From: a virus
Lineage: Duplodnaviria > Heunggongvirae > Uroviricota > Caudoviricetes
Direction: 5' to 3' (one strand)
Length of the DNA: 64,000 nucleotides
Virus record (IMG/VR): IMGVR_UViG_3300045988_147321
Part shown: positions 21,917-32,039 of the stretch, piece after piece
Layout: each line of letters begins with the position of its first letter
How positions within the stretch are numbered: the stretch's first letter is position 1
Made by a program: the position numbers and the translations under genes
The notes under the pieces: generated by a model
What the model saw: only the letters and a program-made list of their open reading frames with translations
Database searches by the model: none
What the model was told of the DNA's origin: nothing

Positions 21917-22609
21917 ATGAAAGGCGAAGTGAAAGAGCGCGGCATGATTTTCAACGATGAGATGGTCCGGGCCATCCTCGAAGGAAGGAAGACGCAGACT
22001 CGCCGACCTGTAAAAAATGTCAGGGCCGATAACTGCCTGGTTATCCGTAAACCGACAAAGAAACGCAATGGTGTCTATACCCACGTTATGGATGCACCGG
22101 AACATGGTTTATGCCCGTTCGGTAACGTTGGTGATCGTATATGGGTCCGTGAAGCGTGGGCGATATTAGGCAATGAGGATGGTTGCAGTGTGGACTGGAA
22201 CGACAACCTTTGTCGTGACGATGAGAAGAACGCAGCAAGGATTTATCGGGCCAGTTGTGAGCAAAAGCCTGGTGATTACGGTTTATGGTCGATACCCGAT
22301 GATGCCGACTGGAAACCTCACACTGTGAATGAAAAGTATGAAGGAGGGTGGTGTCCATCAATTCACATGCCGCGATGGGCATCGCGCATTTTGCTGGAAA
22401 TTACCGACGTGCGTGTGGAACGGCTGCGTGATATGAGCGAGGCAGATGCTAAAGCAGAAGGCGCATCTCCGGCGATGTACAAAATTACGCCGCCGGAAGC
22501 TGTTTATCGCGTTGGTTTTGGTGATATCTGGCGCAGTATTTACGGGCAGGATAACTGGCTATCTAACCCGTGGGTATGGGTAATCGAGTTTAAGCGCGTT
22601 CAGGAATAA
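21917..22609 (+). CDS. ASCH/PUA-like domain protein
   Basis: 230 aa; N-terminal FNDEMVRAILEGRKTQTRR pattern typical of ASCH-like phage proteins; strong AAGGGGGA Shine-Dalgarno. Confidence 0.4.
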   Translation: MKGEVKERGMIFNDEMVRAILEGRKTQTRRPVKNVRADNCLVIRKPTKKRNGVYTHVMDAPEHGLCPFGNVGDRIWVREAWAILGNEDGCSVDWNDNLCRDDEKNAARIYRASCEQKPGDYGLWSIPDDADWKPHTVNEKYEGGWCPSIHMPRWASRILLEITDVRVERLRDMSEADAKAEGASPAMYKITPPEAVYRVGFGDIWRSIYGQDNWLSNPWVWVIEFKRVQE

Positions 22610-22612
22610 ACC

Positions 22613-23491
22613 GTGAGTATGCATCAAGTCGTCAGCTTTTCAGGTGGACGAACATCGGCTTATCTCGTTCATCTGATGGAAGCACAGCGAAAAGCTGGCG
22701 CTAGCGTCCATTTCATTTTTATGGATACCGGCTGTGAACATCCTCTGACGTATCGCTTTATTCGTGAGGTTGTGAAGTTCTGGAATGTACCGCTAACGGT
22801 GTTGCAGGTCGATATAAATCCAGAACTTGGGCAGCCAAATGGTTATACGGAATGGGAACCAAAGGATATTCAGACGCGAATGCCGGTGCTTAAACCGTTT
22901 ATGGACATGGTTAAAAAGTACGGTACGCCATACATCGGCGGCGCGTTCTGTACTGACAGGCTAAAACTCACCCCTTTCACGAAATATTGCGATGACCATT
23001 TTGGGCGAGGGAATTACATCACATGGCTGGGTATTCGTGCGGACGAACACCGTAGGCTGAAACCGAAACCGGGCGTCCGGTATCTTGCAGAGCTGTCAGA
23101 TTTTGATAAGTCGGATGTTATCCGGTGGTGGCGAAAACAACCTTTTGATTTGCAAATCCCGGAGCACCTCGGGAACTGTGTTTTTTGCATCAAAAAGTCA
23201 ACGCAAAAGCTGGGGCTTGCATGTAAAGACGAACCTGGTCTGATGCGGGTTTTTAATGAACTGGTTACAGGCAAACACGTCAGAGATGGTCATCGCAGAA
23301 CAGGTAAAGACGTTATGTACCGTGGCCACCTGACGCTTGACGGGATTGCCAGAATGTATGCCGACAGTGACTACAGAAATTTGTATCAGGCGATGGTGCT
23401 GGCCAAGCGGTTTGATACTGGTTCGTGTTCCGAATCATGTGAAATCTGGGGTGACCAATTGGAGTTGAAATTCGAAGAGGTAGTGGAATGA
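22613..23491 (+). CDS. PAPS-reductase-like PP-loop ATP pyrophosphatase family protein
   Basis: 292 aa; VSFSGGRTSAY PP-loop motif. Confidence 0.5.
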   Translation: MSMHQVVSFSGGRTSAYLVHLMEAQRKAGASVHFIFMDTGCEHPLTYRFIREVVKFWNVPLTVLQVDINPELGQPNGYTEWEPKDIQTRMPVLKPFMDMVKKYGTPYIGGAFCTDRLKLTPFTKYCDDHFGRGNYITWLGIRADEHRRLKPKPGVRYLAELSDFDKSDVIRWWRKQPFDLQIPEHLGNCVFCIKKSTQKLGLACKDEPGLMRVFNELVTGKHVRDGHRRTGKDVMYRGHLTLDGIARMYADSDYRNLYQAMVLAKRFDTGSCSESCEIWGDQLELKFEEVVE

Positions 23492-23691
23492 CAATCGTAA
23501 AAACCCATACCGGTACCGTGATCACCAAAGATGGCCCGAAGGTAAAAAAACTGCACCAAACAGAGCGGATGTGGGTCGTCGGCAAAAACGAGTTTTACCA
23601 CAAAGAAACTGGACGCCGCCATTTTGCAGAAAATACGCGCCGCCGACTGCTGTTAGACACCATCAAGCCTATCGAGGTGAAGCATGTTTAA
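23488..23691 (+). CDS. Small hypothetical protein
   Basis: 67-aa ORF overlapping the upstream stop. Confidence 0.3.
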   Translation: MTIVKTHTGTVITKDGPKVKKLHQTERMWVVGKNEFYHKETGRRHFAENTRRRLLLDTIKPIEVKHV

Positions 23692-23923
23692 ACAGAACGA
23701 AAAAGCTATCGCTCAAATTGCTGATTATATCCCGCGTGCGTGCCGGGGTATGCAGTTGCAGGAAGCCAAAGCGCGCCTGGAGAAAAAAATTGCGCTCTAT
23801 ATTGATGACGGCTGTGATGCCGCCGTTCTTAACGCGGCGTTCGCACCAGCTCTTAACTGTCACACTCGGGAGTCTTTTTTTTCATGCATCGCAGCGCAAC
23901 TCCGCCAAGGAGGCAACCAGTGA
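23684..23923 (+). CDS. Small hypothetical protein
   Basis: 79-aa ORF. Confidence 0.3.
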   Translation: MFKQNEKAIAQIADYIPRACRGMQLQEAKARLEKKIALYIDDGCDAAVLNAAFAPALNCHTRESFFSCIAAQLRQGGNQ

Positions 23924-24552
23924 GCAAGATTGACTATCAGGCACTGCGTGAGGCGGCGGAACGTGCAATTCCAGCAATGGAACGCCTGTTAATGTTGCCA
24001 GCTGATGATGATTTGTTAAGTGAACAGGAACTTAAAGATTACGGTGTGGATATTGATGCGCTCAACGCCTTCAAATTTCTGGCCGGACCAGAAACCGTGC
24101 TGGCACTACTGGATGAACGGGAAAGAAACCAGCAATACATCAAACGCCGTGACCAGGAGAACGAGGATATTGCGCTAACGGTAGGGAAGCTGAGAGTTGA
24201 GCTTGAGGAAGCAAAATCAAAACTCAACGAGCAGCGTGAGTATTACGAAGGTGTTATCTCGGATGGAAGTAAGCGCATAGCAGAACTGGAAGCGCGGGAA
24301 ATAAAACCAGCCAAAGGTGAAGTTCTGGTCGTTGTATCTGGTTTTACTGGTTGCGGAAAAAGCGCCATTGCCGGGGAAATAGAAATCGCGATGAAGGCTA
24401 TTGGTGTACCGGTTAAGTGGACTAATGGCGATGCAGAAAAGCGCATGACTGGCGCTGACTGGCTGACTGCGATTGAGATGTACAAACCAACTGTGCGCAT
24501 CGTGGAAGTTAATGTGCCACGCGCCGCTGGCATTCGCATCAAAGGAGAGTGA
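23920..24552 (+). CDS. Coiled-coil protein with a C-terminal P-loop-like GFTGCGKS motif
   Basis: GTG start after GGAGG, GTGA overlap with the upstream gene (ORF track start 23884). Confidence 0.4.
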   Translation: MSKIDYQALREAAERAIPAMERLLMLPADDDLLSEQELKDYGVDIDALNAFKFLAGPETVLALLDERERNQQYIKRRDQENEDIALTVGKLRVELEEAKSKLNEQREYYEGVISDGSKRIAELEAREIKPAKGEVLVVVSGFTGCGKSAIAGEIEIAMKAIGVPVKWTNGDAEKRMTGADWLTAIEMYKPTVRIVEVNVPRAAGIRIKGE

Positions 24553-24553
24553 T

Positions 24554-25069
24554 ATGGCGTTAACACACCGCGAACTCTGTCAGATTGCGTACAAGTTCCT
24601 TAAGCGCAACGGGTTCAAGGTTTGTTTTCATGACCGCTTTATAGCTGTAACCAGTACCGGAGAACAGCCAGATGCTATGGGATTCAGAAATTCAGCATCA
24701 TGCCTGATAGAGGCGAAGTGTTCTCGTGCTGATTTGTTGGCAGATAGAAAAAAGCGTTTCCGTAAAAATCCCTCACTTGGCATGGGCGACTGGCGATTCT
24801 TTATTAGTGAGCCGGGAATTATTTCAGTTGAGGATTTACCTCCCGGCTGGGGATTACTTCACGTTGTTAACGGAAGAGTACGGAAAGTACATGGATGGCC
24901 CAAGGGGAATTGCTGTTGGGGTAACCCTGAAGATAAACCTTTTATTGGGAATAAGCAGGTTGAATGCGATTACATGTTATCTGCATTAAGGCGCATGGAG
25001 TTGAGAGGGCACCTTAATGAAATATATGACGGTGTAATTGTTAATAAGAAAGAAGGAAACGCGGCATGA
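24554..25069 (+). CDS. PD-(D/E)xK-type nuclease-like protein
   Basis: Start MALTHREL after AAAGGAGAG; PDAMGF ... CLIEAKCS motif arrangement. Confidence 0.4.
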   Translation: MALTHRELCQIAYKFLKRNGFKVCFHDRFIAVTSTGEQPDAMGFRNSASCLIEAKCSRADLLADRKKRFRKNPSLGMGDWRFFISEPGIISVEDLPPGWGLLHVVNGRVRKVHGWPKGNCCWGNPEDKPFIGNKQVECDYMLSALRRMELRGHLNEIYDGVIVNKKEGNAA

Positions 25070-26283
25070 TCACTATTACCAAAGAGCGACTACTGACAAT
25101 CAAGCAGTGGCGCGAAACATACGGACCTGGTAGCAACGTTGTACTGCCAGCAGAAGAAGCGGAAGAACTGGCACGAATTGCTCTGGCATCGCTGGAAGCA
25201 AAACCAATAGGTGCATTCCACATTGCAGAACAGCAAGTTGACGGCACAAGTGACTACCTCAAGGATGGAGAATGGCCTATTGATAATGGAATTATTGAGG
25301 TCTACGCCGCTCCCCCCGTTCCAGTAGTACCGGAAGAAAAACCAATGCCTAATCCTCTTAGCATGTACGCGGTTGATGCTGTTGCCGCTATTGCAGAGGT
25401 GAGAGGCTGGAACGCCTGCCGCGCCGCCATGCTTCAGTCCGGAAACTTTCGGGAAAACAAGAATTCGTCAACCAATAATTTTCGGGAAATCGCGGAAACG
25501 TCAACCAACTATCCGGTAATTCCTAGTGAGGTGTTGTCCGCAATCCTGAAGGTTGCCAAGATTCGTGCCGATTTCGATGATTTTGACGGTGACAGGCGAG
25601 GTATCGGTGATTGTCTGGATGAGGCTGAGCAAGAGCTTATCGTTACCATTAACAAATATGCCAGTCAGTTGGCAGCAGAACCGATAGCGACTAATGACGT
25701 TCGAGAGCAAACAGCCGTTCCGCCAGTTCCTGTAATACAGGCTGATGTCGCGCAGGCAATTGAAAAACTCAAACGGAAATTAGTGGAATGCAATCGCTAT
25801 AACTACTGCGCAGATGCAGTTAAGGGCGTTGAGTATGCCTGCCACGCTGCCATGCTTCAGGGTAGCCAACCTGTAAGCCAAACTTACAAGTTTCCAGTTA
25901 ATACACCTTGCCAGGATGCGCCAGCCCATATCTGGCTGCAAACAGCTGGAGTATGGCCAGAAGATGGCGAGTTAAGCGAATTAACATGGTGCAGCCACAA
26001 TCAGCACCATGATGACACGCTATATGTTCGAGCTGACTTGGTAAATGGCAATTCTCCGGTAACTCCGGATGGTTGGATAAGCTGTAGTGAGCGAATGCCG
26101 AATACCAAAACAGCCGTTCTTGTTGCCGTGGAGTTTGACAGGAAAGGTGACTGGCGAATGAAATGGGCTACTTACATCCCGGGGCATCCTGACGCTAATG
26201 ATGGGTGGATAATTCCTGGTGCGTCGTGGAAACCGTCACACTGGATGCCGCTACCAGAACCGCCGCAGGAGGTGAATCAATGA
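25066..26283 (+). CDS. Hypothetical protein with a DUF551-like C-terminal domain
   Basis: 405 aa; C-terminal W/P-rich segment as in many phage proteins. Confidence 0.4.
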   Translation: MITITKERLLTIKQWRETYGPGSNVVLPAEEAEELARIALASLEAKPIGAFHIAEQQVDGTSDYLKDGEWPIDNGIIEVYAAPPVPVVPEEKPMPNPLSMYAVDAVAAIAEVRGWNACRAAMLQSGNFRENKNSSTNNFREIAETSTNYPVIPSEVLSAILKVAKIRADFDDFDGDRRGIGDCLDEAEQELIVTINKYASQLAAEPIATNDVREQTAVPPVPVIQADVAQAIEKLKRKLVECNRYNYCADAVKGVEYACHAAMLQGSQPVSQTYKFPVNTPCQDAPAHIWLQTAGVWPEDGELSELTWCSHNQHHDDTLYVRADLVNGNSPVTPDGWISCSERMPNTKTAVLVAVEFDRKGDWRMKWATYIPGHPDANDGWIIPGASWKPSHWMPLPEPPQEVNQ

Positions 26284-26347
26284 GCTGGCCTGAAGCATTC
26301 ACCACGGTAGGAATTGTGATGGCGGCAGCACTGGGTTTGTATTCAAT

Positions 26348-26599
26348 TTGTCGCTGGTGGTAACGATGGGAAAAATAACTTTTGTAGTCGAATTTGAGGA
26401 TGGTAAAGAGCCACCTGTTAGCGCCAATCTTGATGTTGCTGGTGGCAGGCTTGTTTCGGTTCTATTTGGTGACTACCGAGATGACTTCTTCCAACCAGAA
26501 GAAGTTGATGTAGTGCGAGAGGCATTAAACGAGTTAAGTGTTGATAACGATGATGCTCATGCGGAAATCATCCAAAAAATGGAACTGCTAACTCACTAA
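26348..26599 (+). CDS. Small acidic hypothetical protein
   Basis: 83-aa ORF. Confidence 0.35.
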   Translation: MSLVVTMGKITFVVEFEDGKEPPVSANLDVAGGRLVSVLFGDYRDDFFQPEEVDVVREALNELSVDNDDAHAEIIQKMELLTH

Positions 26600-26647
26600 A
26601 TTATCAATTATGGTGCTATCACCTACGACACCGAGAGAAAATTTATA

Positions 26648-26770
26648 ATGTCAAAAGTAAATGTTTTGATTTTTTCAGCAATTGTTGGCTTTGGTTTTAC
26701 TGCCGGAGTGCAGATTTATATTACGTGGGAAAAAATCATCAACTACGCATGGAGTTGTTTTATTAAGTGA
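26648..26770 (+). CDS. Small hydrophobic peptide (40 aa, single transmembrane segment)
   Basis: MSKVNVLIFSAIVGFGFTAGVQIYITWEKIINYAWSCFIK read directly; AT-rich; not in the ORF track. Confidence 0.3.
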   Translation: MSKVNVLIFSAIVGFGFTAGVQIYITWEKIINYAWSCFIK

Positions 26771-26777
26771 GGTAAGT

Positions 26778-27071
26778 ATGTGGAGAGGTAATAGTCATGG
26801 CAAAAGCCAGATGATACTTACCGAATATAAGCTAGACCACAAAACCAATAAATCACGTTCAGTATATTTGCTCCGGCACAATAGCCGCGTAAGAAATACC
26901 GTGCTGGAACAAAATCTGACAGTTGAAATGGATAATTACGGGGGATTCAAGCCAACAATTTCACTTGATGATTTTCCTCGTGGTTTAAGCGAAAGAGAAG
27001 CAATGCTGAAATTAGCAGAATGGCTACAAAGATTAAGCATTGTTATTGAAGATAACTGGTCTGAACCTTAA
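26778..27071 (+). CDS. Hypothetical protein (97 aa)
   Basis: Start MWRGNSHGK after GAGGT; ORF track lists an extended 26682-27071. Confidence 0.35.
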   Translation: MWRGNSHGKSQMILTEYKLDHKTNKSRSVYLLRHNSRVRNTVLEQNLTVEMDNYGGFKPTISLDDFPRGLSEREAMLKLAEWLQRLSIVIEDNWSEP

Positions 27072-27077
27072 ATTTAT

Positions 27078-27452
27078 ATGATGACACTAAAACATTTTCT
27101 TGACCGCCCATTATGGGCGGCAGCCGCAGGCTATGACTTTAATTATATGGATTGCATGTCTTATACCGCCAATGCATACGACTATTCCTTCAGTCTGCTG
27201 CTTAATTCTTTAAGAATATTGCCGCAAACAGAAGTTGGAGAGATTCATTTATGGCTATTGGGCTTTATCGCGGCTGGAGTTGGTATTGCTGTATGGCCTT
27301 TTATTTTCTGGCTGGTGGCTGTTGTAGTGTGGTTTAAGTGCAAGACGTACCGGAGAAAGTATTTCTTAGGTGATGGAATGACTGATATTGCCAAAATGAA
27401 CATTGAAAAATGGACTAAGGAATGTGAAAAGAAATGGCGCAAAAAGAAATGA
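27078..27452 (+). CDS. Membrane protein with a two-segment hydrophobic core and a basic C-terminus
   Basis: 124 aa; LWLLGFIAAGVGIAVWPFIFWLVAVVVWF. Confidence 0.4.
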   Translation: MMTLKHFLDRPLWAAAAGYDFNYMDCMSYTANAYDYSFSLLLNSLRILPQTEVGEIHLWLLGFIAAGVGIAVWPFIFWLVAVVVWFKCKTYRRKYFLGDGMTDIAKMNIEKWTKECEKKWRKKK

Positions 27453-28084
27453 CCAGAATCACTGAAGAGCGTATATTAGAGATTATTTCCCGTATCGAAA
27501 TGTATGGTCACGGTGCTGGATATACGGCAGATGAAGTATTGGAAATAGCCCAGCAGATGCTGGCCTTGAGACAAAAAGAGCAACATGAAAGTAATACGTG
27601 TAGATTGAATTTTGAGCAGTGGCTGGAACAGCAACGCGCGAAAATCGATGTGGACTGCGGTTGTGTGTCCACTGAAACATTCATGCACTGGCTGCGGGTA
27701 GCTTACGAGGCTGGCAACTATCCGGATATTCCGGATAGTTCGGTGCCAGCGCCAGGAAAGGGCGTCACCGGTGAACGTATCCGCATTAAGCCGCATGTTT
27801 ATCGCGAACTGGTTAACCGTCTCCACGATACAGCGATCAAGTGTGCTGGCACCCAGCAATTACGAGAAAGAATTAGCCGTGTTTTGGGCGACGTTATTAC
27901 ACCAGATCATCATAAACAAGCCGAGAAAAGTGACCTGGAAAGGTGTCACCTTGAGGCGGCATTAAACATTAAGCCGGGGCATACGCTTGGCATTATTGAT
28001 GCACTATTGGTTCATAAGATGGCCAGGGCTTTATTGCCGCTGGTGGCTGAAAAGCATGAGGTGGACCATGCCAACGAAAGCTGA
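27434..28084 (+). CDS. Hypothetical protein
   Basis: 216-aa ORF. Confidence 0.4.
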   Translation: MAQKEMTRITEERILEIISRIEMYGHGAGYTADEVLEIAQQMLALRQKEQHESNTCRLNFEQWLEQQRAKIDVDCGCVSTETFMHWLRVAYEAGNYPDIPDSSVPAPGKGVTGERIRIKPHVYRELVNRLHDTAIKCAGTQQLRERISRVLGDVITPDHHKQAEKSDLERCHLEAALNIKPGHTLGIIDALLVHKMARALLPLVAEKHEVDHANES

Positions 28085-28352
28085 ATTACAGGTGCGCGTA
28101 GATGAGCTTGAAAAAGAGAACGCGAGCCTCAAAAAAATGCTGTCGCGGGCGGAAAGGGAATTATCAGGCAAATTATTGCCTGAAGAACTGCCACCAGCAG
28201 ATATACCTGATCGAGTGTCCTGGTGGATGAAGTATTTCCGTGCACCGTGGGAGGCGTTTTGGTGCTACGACCATCGCAGATGGTGTGATGAACTTGATAG
28301 CAATTTTCCCTACTTTGCGGAAGGGAACACCTGCCCTCAATGCAGGGGATAG
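27987..28352 (+). CDS. Hypothetical protein with a C-terminal Cys pair (start uncertain)
   Basis: Likely starts at the internal MPTKAELQ; coiled-coil then NTCPQCRG. Confidence 0.3.
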   Translation: MALLMHYWFIRWPGLYCRWWLKSMRWTMPTKAELQVRVDELEKENASLKKMLSRAERELSGKLLPEELPPADIPDRVSWWMKYFRAPWEAFWCYDHRRWCDELDSNFPYFAEGNTCPQCRG

Positions 28353-28687
28353 CATTTGACGAAATCGATCACCCTATCCTGAACTTCAGAAAGAAGGTCT
28401 TTTTCACGCGCCAGGACGTCAGGATATTGACGTTCTGGCCTTACCAGATGCCGGAGCTTCCCATTAAGCAGAATGGCCTCAGAAAACACTTTTACGCTGT
28501 GCTTTATCCCCTCTGTTTCACTTTTCAGCGTCAAAATAAAGCGCAATTGCTTATTAGCCTGATTCGGATTCAATACACGAATTTGCAGTTCGTCTATGCT
28601 GTTCCGCAATGGGATTGATGCCACCACACTGGTGCAGTCTCTGATTGTCTGAATTGAACGGCTAACATTGAGAACGTTATTGTGCAT
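28337..28687 (-). CDS. Hypothetical protein on the opposite strand
   Basis: 116-aa ORF between rightward genes. Confidence 0.3.
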   Translation of the reverse strand: MHNNVLNVSRSIQTIRDCTSVVASIPLRNSIDELQIRVLNPNQANKQLRFILTLKSETEGIKHSVKVFSEAILLNGKLRHLVRPERQYPDVLAREKDLLSEVQDRVIDFVKCYPLH

Positions 28688-28719
28688 GTGCCTGATCCAC
28701 TAACTCCTGGAGGTTTCTT

Positions 28720-28971
28720 GTGTCAGATCGAAATATAGCAGCTAAAAGCCAGGAAGAGCGAGACAAGGTGAACGTAGACCTTGCCGCCAGCGGCGTTGCT
28801 TACAAAGAACGGCTGAATATACCTGTGATTGCAGAGCAGGTGGCCCGTGAGCAACCGGAAAACCTGCGCGCCTATTTCATGGAACGGCTACGGCACTACC
28901 GGCAGTTAAGCCTCCAGTTGCCAAAAGGGAGCGATCCGGTGTATCAGAACGAGGATGCACCAAAAAAATAA
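28720..28971 (+). CDS. hot: Homolog of the DNA polymerase III theta subunit (HolE-like)
   Basis: 83 aa; [27 protein letters not shown] resembles HolE; GTG start after CTGGAGG. Confidence 0.65.
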   Translation: MSDRNIAAKSQEERDKVNVDLAASGVAYKERLNIPVIAEQVAREQPENLRAYFMERLRHYRQLSLQLPKGSDPVYQNEDAPKK

Positions 28972-29058
28972 CGGCAAGATGGGGGAGAAATGTGATTAGC
29001 CCCCAGCGTGGCGCGCCTACAAACCCCGCTTTCACAAACTATGCCTTTTCAATGTATA

Positions 29059-29074
29059 CTGTATGAATAAACAG
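29059..29074 (+). promoter_or_regulatory. LexA (SOS) box upstream of humD
   Basis: CTGTATGAATAAACAG fits CTGT-N8-ACAG, about 20 bp before the humD start. Confidence 0.6.
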
Positions 29075-29094
29075 TATCATTGAGGTAAAACGCT

Positions 29095-29484
29095 ATGGGC
29101 TTCCCTTCTCCTGCGGCGGATTATGTTGAAAGCCGAATTTCTCTTGATCAGCAGATAATTAGACATCCTTCAGCGACCTACTTCATGCGGGCAGCTGATA
29201 GCCATCACCGTGAGGGAATATTGCAGGGTGCTTTGCTGGTGGTTGATTCCTCGCTTACTCCGGTTGATGGTTCTCTGCTTGTGTGCGCTATGGAGGGTGA
29301 ATATCGCATAAAGAGATACAGGAAGTATCCGCGCCAGCACCTGGAGGACTTAAGCACCGGGAAGAAAGAGGCGTTACCAGTAGATGACGATGGATACACG
29401 GGCAGTAATGCTGTTTTTGGTGTGATCACTCATGTCATCAATGATGCCCGAAGTGGGGAATTTGATGATTGTCCGGTTATTTAA
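29095..29484 (+). CDS. humD: UmuD'-like translesion-synthesis accessory protein
   Basis: 129 aa; S24 peptidase/UmuD C-terminal domain pattern; SOS box upstream. Confidence 0.7.
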   Translation: MGFPSPAADYVESRISLDQQIIRHPSATYFMRAADSHHREGILQGALLVVDSSLTPVDGSLLVCAMEGEYRIKRYRKYPRQHLEDLSTGKKEALPVDDDGYTGSNAVFGVITHVINDARSGEFDDCPVI

Positions 29485-29556
29485 GCTGCAAAGTGCTGGT
29501 GCTTTATGCCTGTGAAGTTTATAATTGTGTACACATAACGAGTACACGAGGTGTTT

Positions 29557-29778
29557 ATGCAATCCATTAACTTCCGTACCGCGCGTGGCAACCTTTCTGA
29601 AGTGCTCAACAATGTTGAAGCCGGGGAAGAGGTTGAAATCACCCGCAGAGGCCGTGAGCCAGCAGTAATTGTCAGCAAGGCTACTTTCGAAGCCTACAAA
29701 AAAGCGGCGCTGGATGCTGAATTTGCATCCCTGTTTGACACCCTGGACTCCACCAACAAGGAACTGGTTAACCGATAA
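29557..29778 (+). CDS. phd: Phd antitoxin
   Basis: 73 aa from [32 protein letters not shown], matching P1 Phd as I recall it; TAATG overlap with doc. Confidence 0.9.
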
Positions 29779-30158
29779 TGAGGCATATATCACCGGAAGA
29801 ACTTATTGCGCTTCATGATGCGAATATAAGCCGCTACGGCGGCCTGCCTGGCATGTCAGATCCGGGCAGGGCAGAGGCCATTATCGGGAGAGTTCAGGCC
29901 AGAGTTGCCTACGAAGAGATCACCGACCTTTTCGAAGTCTCCGCCACCTACCTGGTGGCTACAGCGAGAGGGCATATATTCAATGATGCCAATAAGCGTA
30001 CCGCGCTAAACAGCGCGCTGCTATTTCTACGCCGTAACGGGGTGCAGGTATTTGATTCACCTGAACTGGCAGACCTTACTGTAGGCGCTGCGACTGGCGA
30101 GATATCTGTATCTTCTGTCGCCGACACGTTACGTAGATTGTATGGTTCTGCGGAGTAG
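29778..30158 (+). CDS. doc: Doc toxin (Fic-fold kinase)
   Basis: 126 aa; Fic motif [10 protein letters not shown]. Confidence 0.9.
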
Positions 30159-30342
30159 ATTAATGGCACGCAAATACAACAAATTGTCCCGTGAAGCGTT
30201 AAAGATGCTTCTTGATGGCGTGAGTCGCCGCGAGGTAAAGCAATACCTGGTTGGTAAGCAAATTGGAGCCAGGACTGCTATTGCTGTGTTATGCCGTCAG
30301 GAAATGGTTGTGCTTAAACAGAGAATGCCGGGCAGCAGATAA
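30142..30342 (+). CDS. Small basic protein downstream of doc
   Basis: 66-aa ORF; P1 pdcA position by synteny. Confidence 0.35.
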
Positions 30343-30369
30343 AGCCCAATCAGTGATGAAAGGTGTGAT

Positions 30370-31413
30370 GTGAAAGCCGTAATTACTCCCTTTGTACAAA
30401 AAGAGCTTGGCGTCGCCACATTCAAAGTGGATCAGGAAGTCAGAAAGCTGGTGGAGGCTGGCCGTAAATTTATTATGGAGCCGGTGCCGCGTGAGTTAAT
30501 CGAGCACATGGACGACGGCCTCGTTGTTTCCGAGCAAACTATGGCAACAAATGAGGCGTTGCAGCCGTTTTTTAACAGCGATGAACTGTTTCGCCGTATT
30601 GGTGGAATTGACGCGCTGGTGGCGTGGTTGCGCAGGAAAGAGGGGCAATGCCAGGCCGCAGATCGTAGCTGGTGTGACAACCATATTGTCCACGCAGAAC
30701 GAGACAATAGCGCGGTGTTGTTGTGCTGGCATCACGATAACCATTACCGGATGCGTGGTTTTAATGAGCTGAAAGAAACGCTGCATAATAATCGCGTTAA
30801 CTGGATACTGGATGTCGCCCGTCAGGAAATGGGGCTTTCAGATGGCCATGATTTAAGTATTCAGGAACTGTGCTGGTGGGCTTTCATGCGCAACATGATG
30901 CACCTGATGCCGGAAGAAGTTTGCCGTATATCAATAAATAAGATGAAAGCCGCAACGCAGGATAGCGGACCTCTGAAAGAGGCGGATATTCGCCCGTATG
31001 ACGATCGCGCTACAGCATATGTTCAGATGATGGAAGAACGCGCCGCGCCGATGCGTGCAAAAGTATGCCCTGTGGATGTTGACTCCGACCCTGGCATGGC
31101 GCATTTCAAAATACCAAAACTGCAATCGCTAAAATTACCTGAGTACATGGACTTTGTTGCTTCCCGTCCATGCTGTGGGTGTGGAGCGGCGGGAGCTGGC
31201 GCTCACATTACGCCTTATATCGTTCGTCATAGTCGATTATGCGCGCATGACATTTACGCAATTCCTCTGTGCCAGTCATGCCAGCGTGATATTGAGCGTG
31301 ACCGCGATAATTGGGAGAAGACGCACGGTAGGCTGGCGATGCATCAACGATTGTTCTTTGATTACGCGCTTGGAGTCGGCGCTATCACAAGTCACTCGTC
31401 GAGCGTTAGATAA
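30370..31413 (+). CDS. Hypothetical protein with a C-terminal Cys cluster
   Basis: 347 aa; PCCGCG ... CQSCQ; P1 pdcB position. Confidence 0.4.
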   Translation: MKAVITPFVQKELGVATFKVDQEVRKLVEAGRKFIMEPVPRELIEHMDDGLVVSEQTMATNEALQPFFNSDELFRRIGGIDALVAWLRRKEGQCQAADRSWCDNHIVHAERDNSAVLLCWHHDNHYRMRGFNELKETLHNNRVNWILDVARQEMGLSDGHDLSIQELCWWAFMRNMMHLMPEEVCRISINKMKAATQDSGPLKEADIRPYDDRATAYVQMMEERAAPMRAKVCPVDVDSDPGMAHFKIPKLQSLKLPEYMDFVASRPCCGCGAAGAGAHITPYIVRHSRLCAHDIYAIPLCQSCQRDIERDRDNWEKTHGRLAMHQRLFFDYALGVGAITSHSSSVR

Positions 31414-31414
31414 A

Positions 31415-31431
31415 ATTGCTCTAATGTATTG
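31415..31431 (+). promoter_or_regulatory. C1 operator-like 17-mer upstream of lpa
   Basis: ATTGCTCTAATGTATTG, 14/17. Confidence 0.4.
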
Positions 31432-31501
31432 CTATTTCTTTAATCGAGGGTATTATATTCCACGTTGATTAGTTGACATGGGCTAATCAGTAGGTGACAG
31501 G

Positions 31502-31954
31502 ATGTTACTTAACTGGCAGGGACGCCACTTCATGGAAATAAATCACTCACGAATAACATCGTACGAGATTGCGGATTACATGATCCGCACTAAATCTCTT
31601 CTATCAGCGAAAGAACTCGCAGCAATTCTTGAAAAGGAATACCCGCATCTGGATGTCGATAAGCGCGATGTTTATCTGCGCTTAAAGGCTATCGCTGTGT
31701 CTAAGTATTCGTCTGTTTTGATTGATGACAGTACACGCCCACGTAGATTTCAGATCCACTCTCTGAATCCTGAATTCTTTCGCCGTAGCCGCGCTCCGCG
31801 CCGGTTTGATGAAAAACTCCAGAACGAACTCTATATGACGCAGGACGAAAAGGAACGCCGGGAGCACCAGCCTTGGGTAATGGCGCGTCAACTTTTCAAT
31901 AAGGTGGCCCGTCAGCACCGTCATTACGGTAATGCCACATCCGCACGTATCTGA
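31502..31954 (+). CDS. lpa: Late promoter activator-like protein
   Basis: 150 aa (or start at 31532, MEINH); position just upstream of pacA as in P1. Confidence 0.5.
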   Translation: MLLNWQGRHFMEINHSRITSYEIADYMIRTKSLLSAKELAAILEKEYPHLDVDKRDVYLRLKAIAVSKYSSVLIDDSTRPRRFQIHSLNPEFFRRSRAPRRFDEKLQNELYMTQDEKERREHQPWVMARQLFNKVARQHRHYGNATSARI

Positions 31955-32039
31955 TTGATTGCTTGCCCGTTCCGGGCCTTTTGACATGTGACTTTCGTTA
32001 CCCTCGCGTCAAAAAGAGTTTTTACGAAAGGAAGCATAA

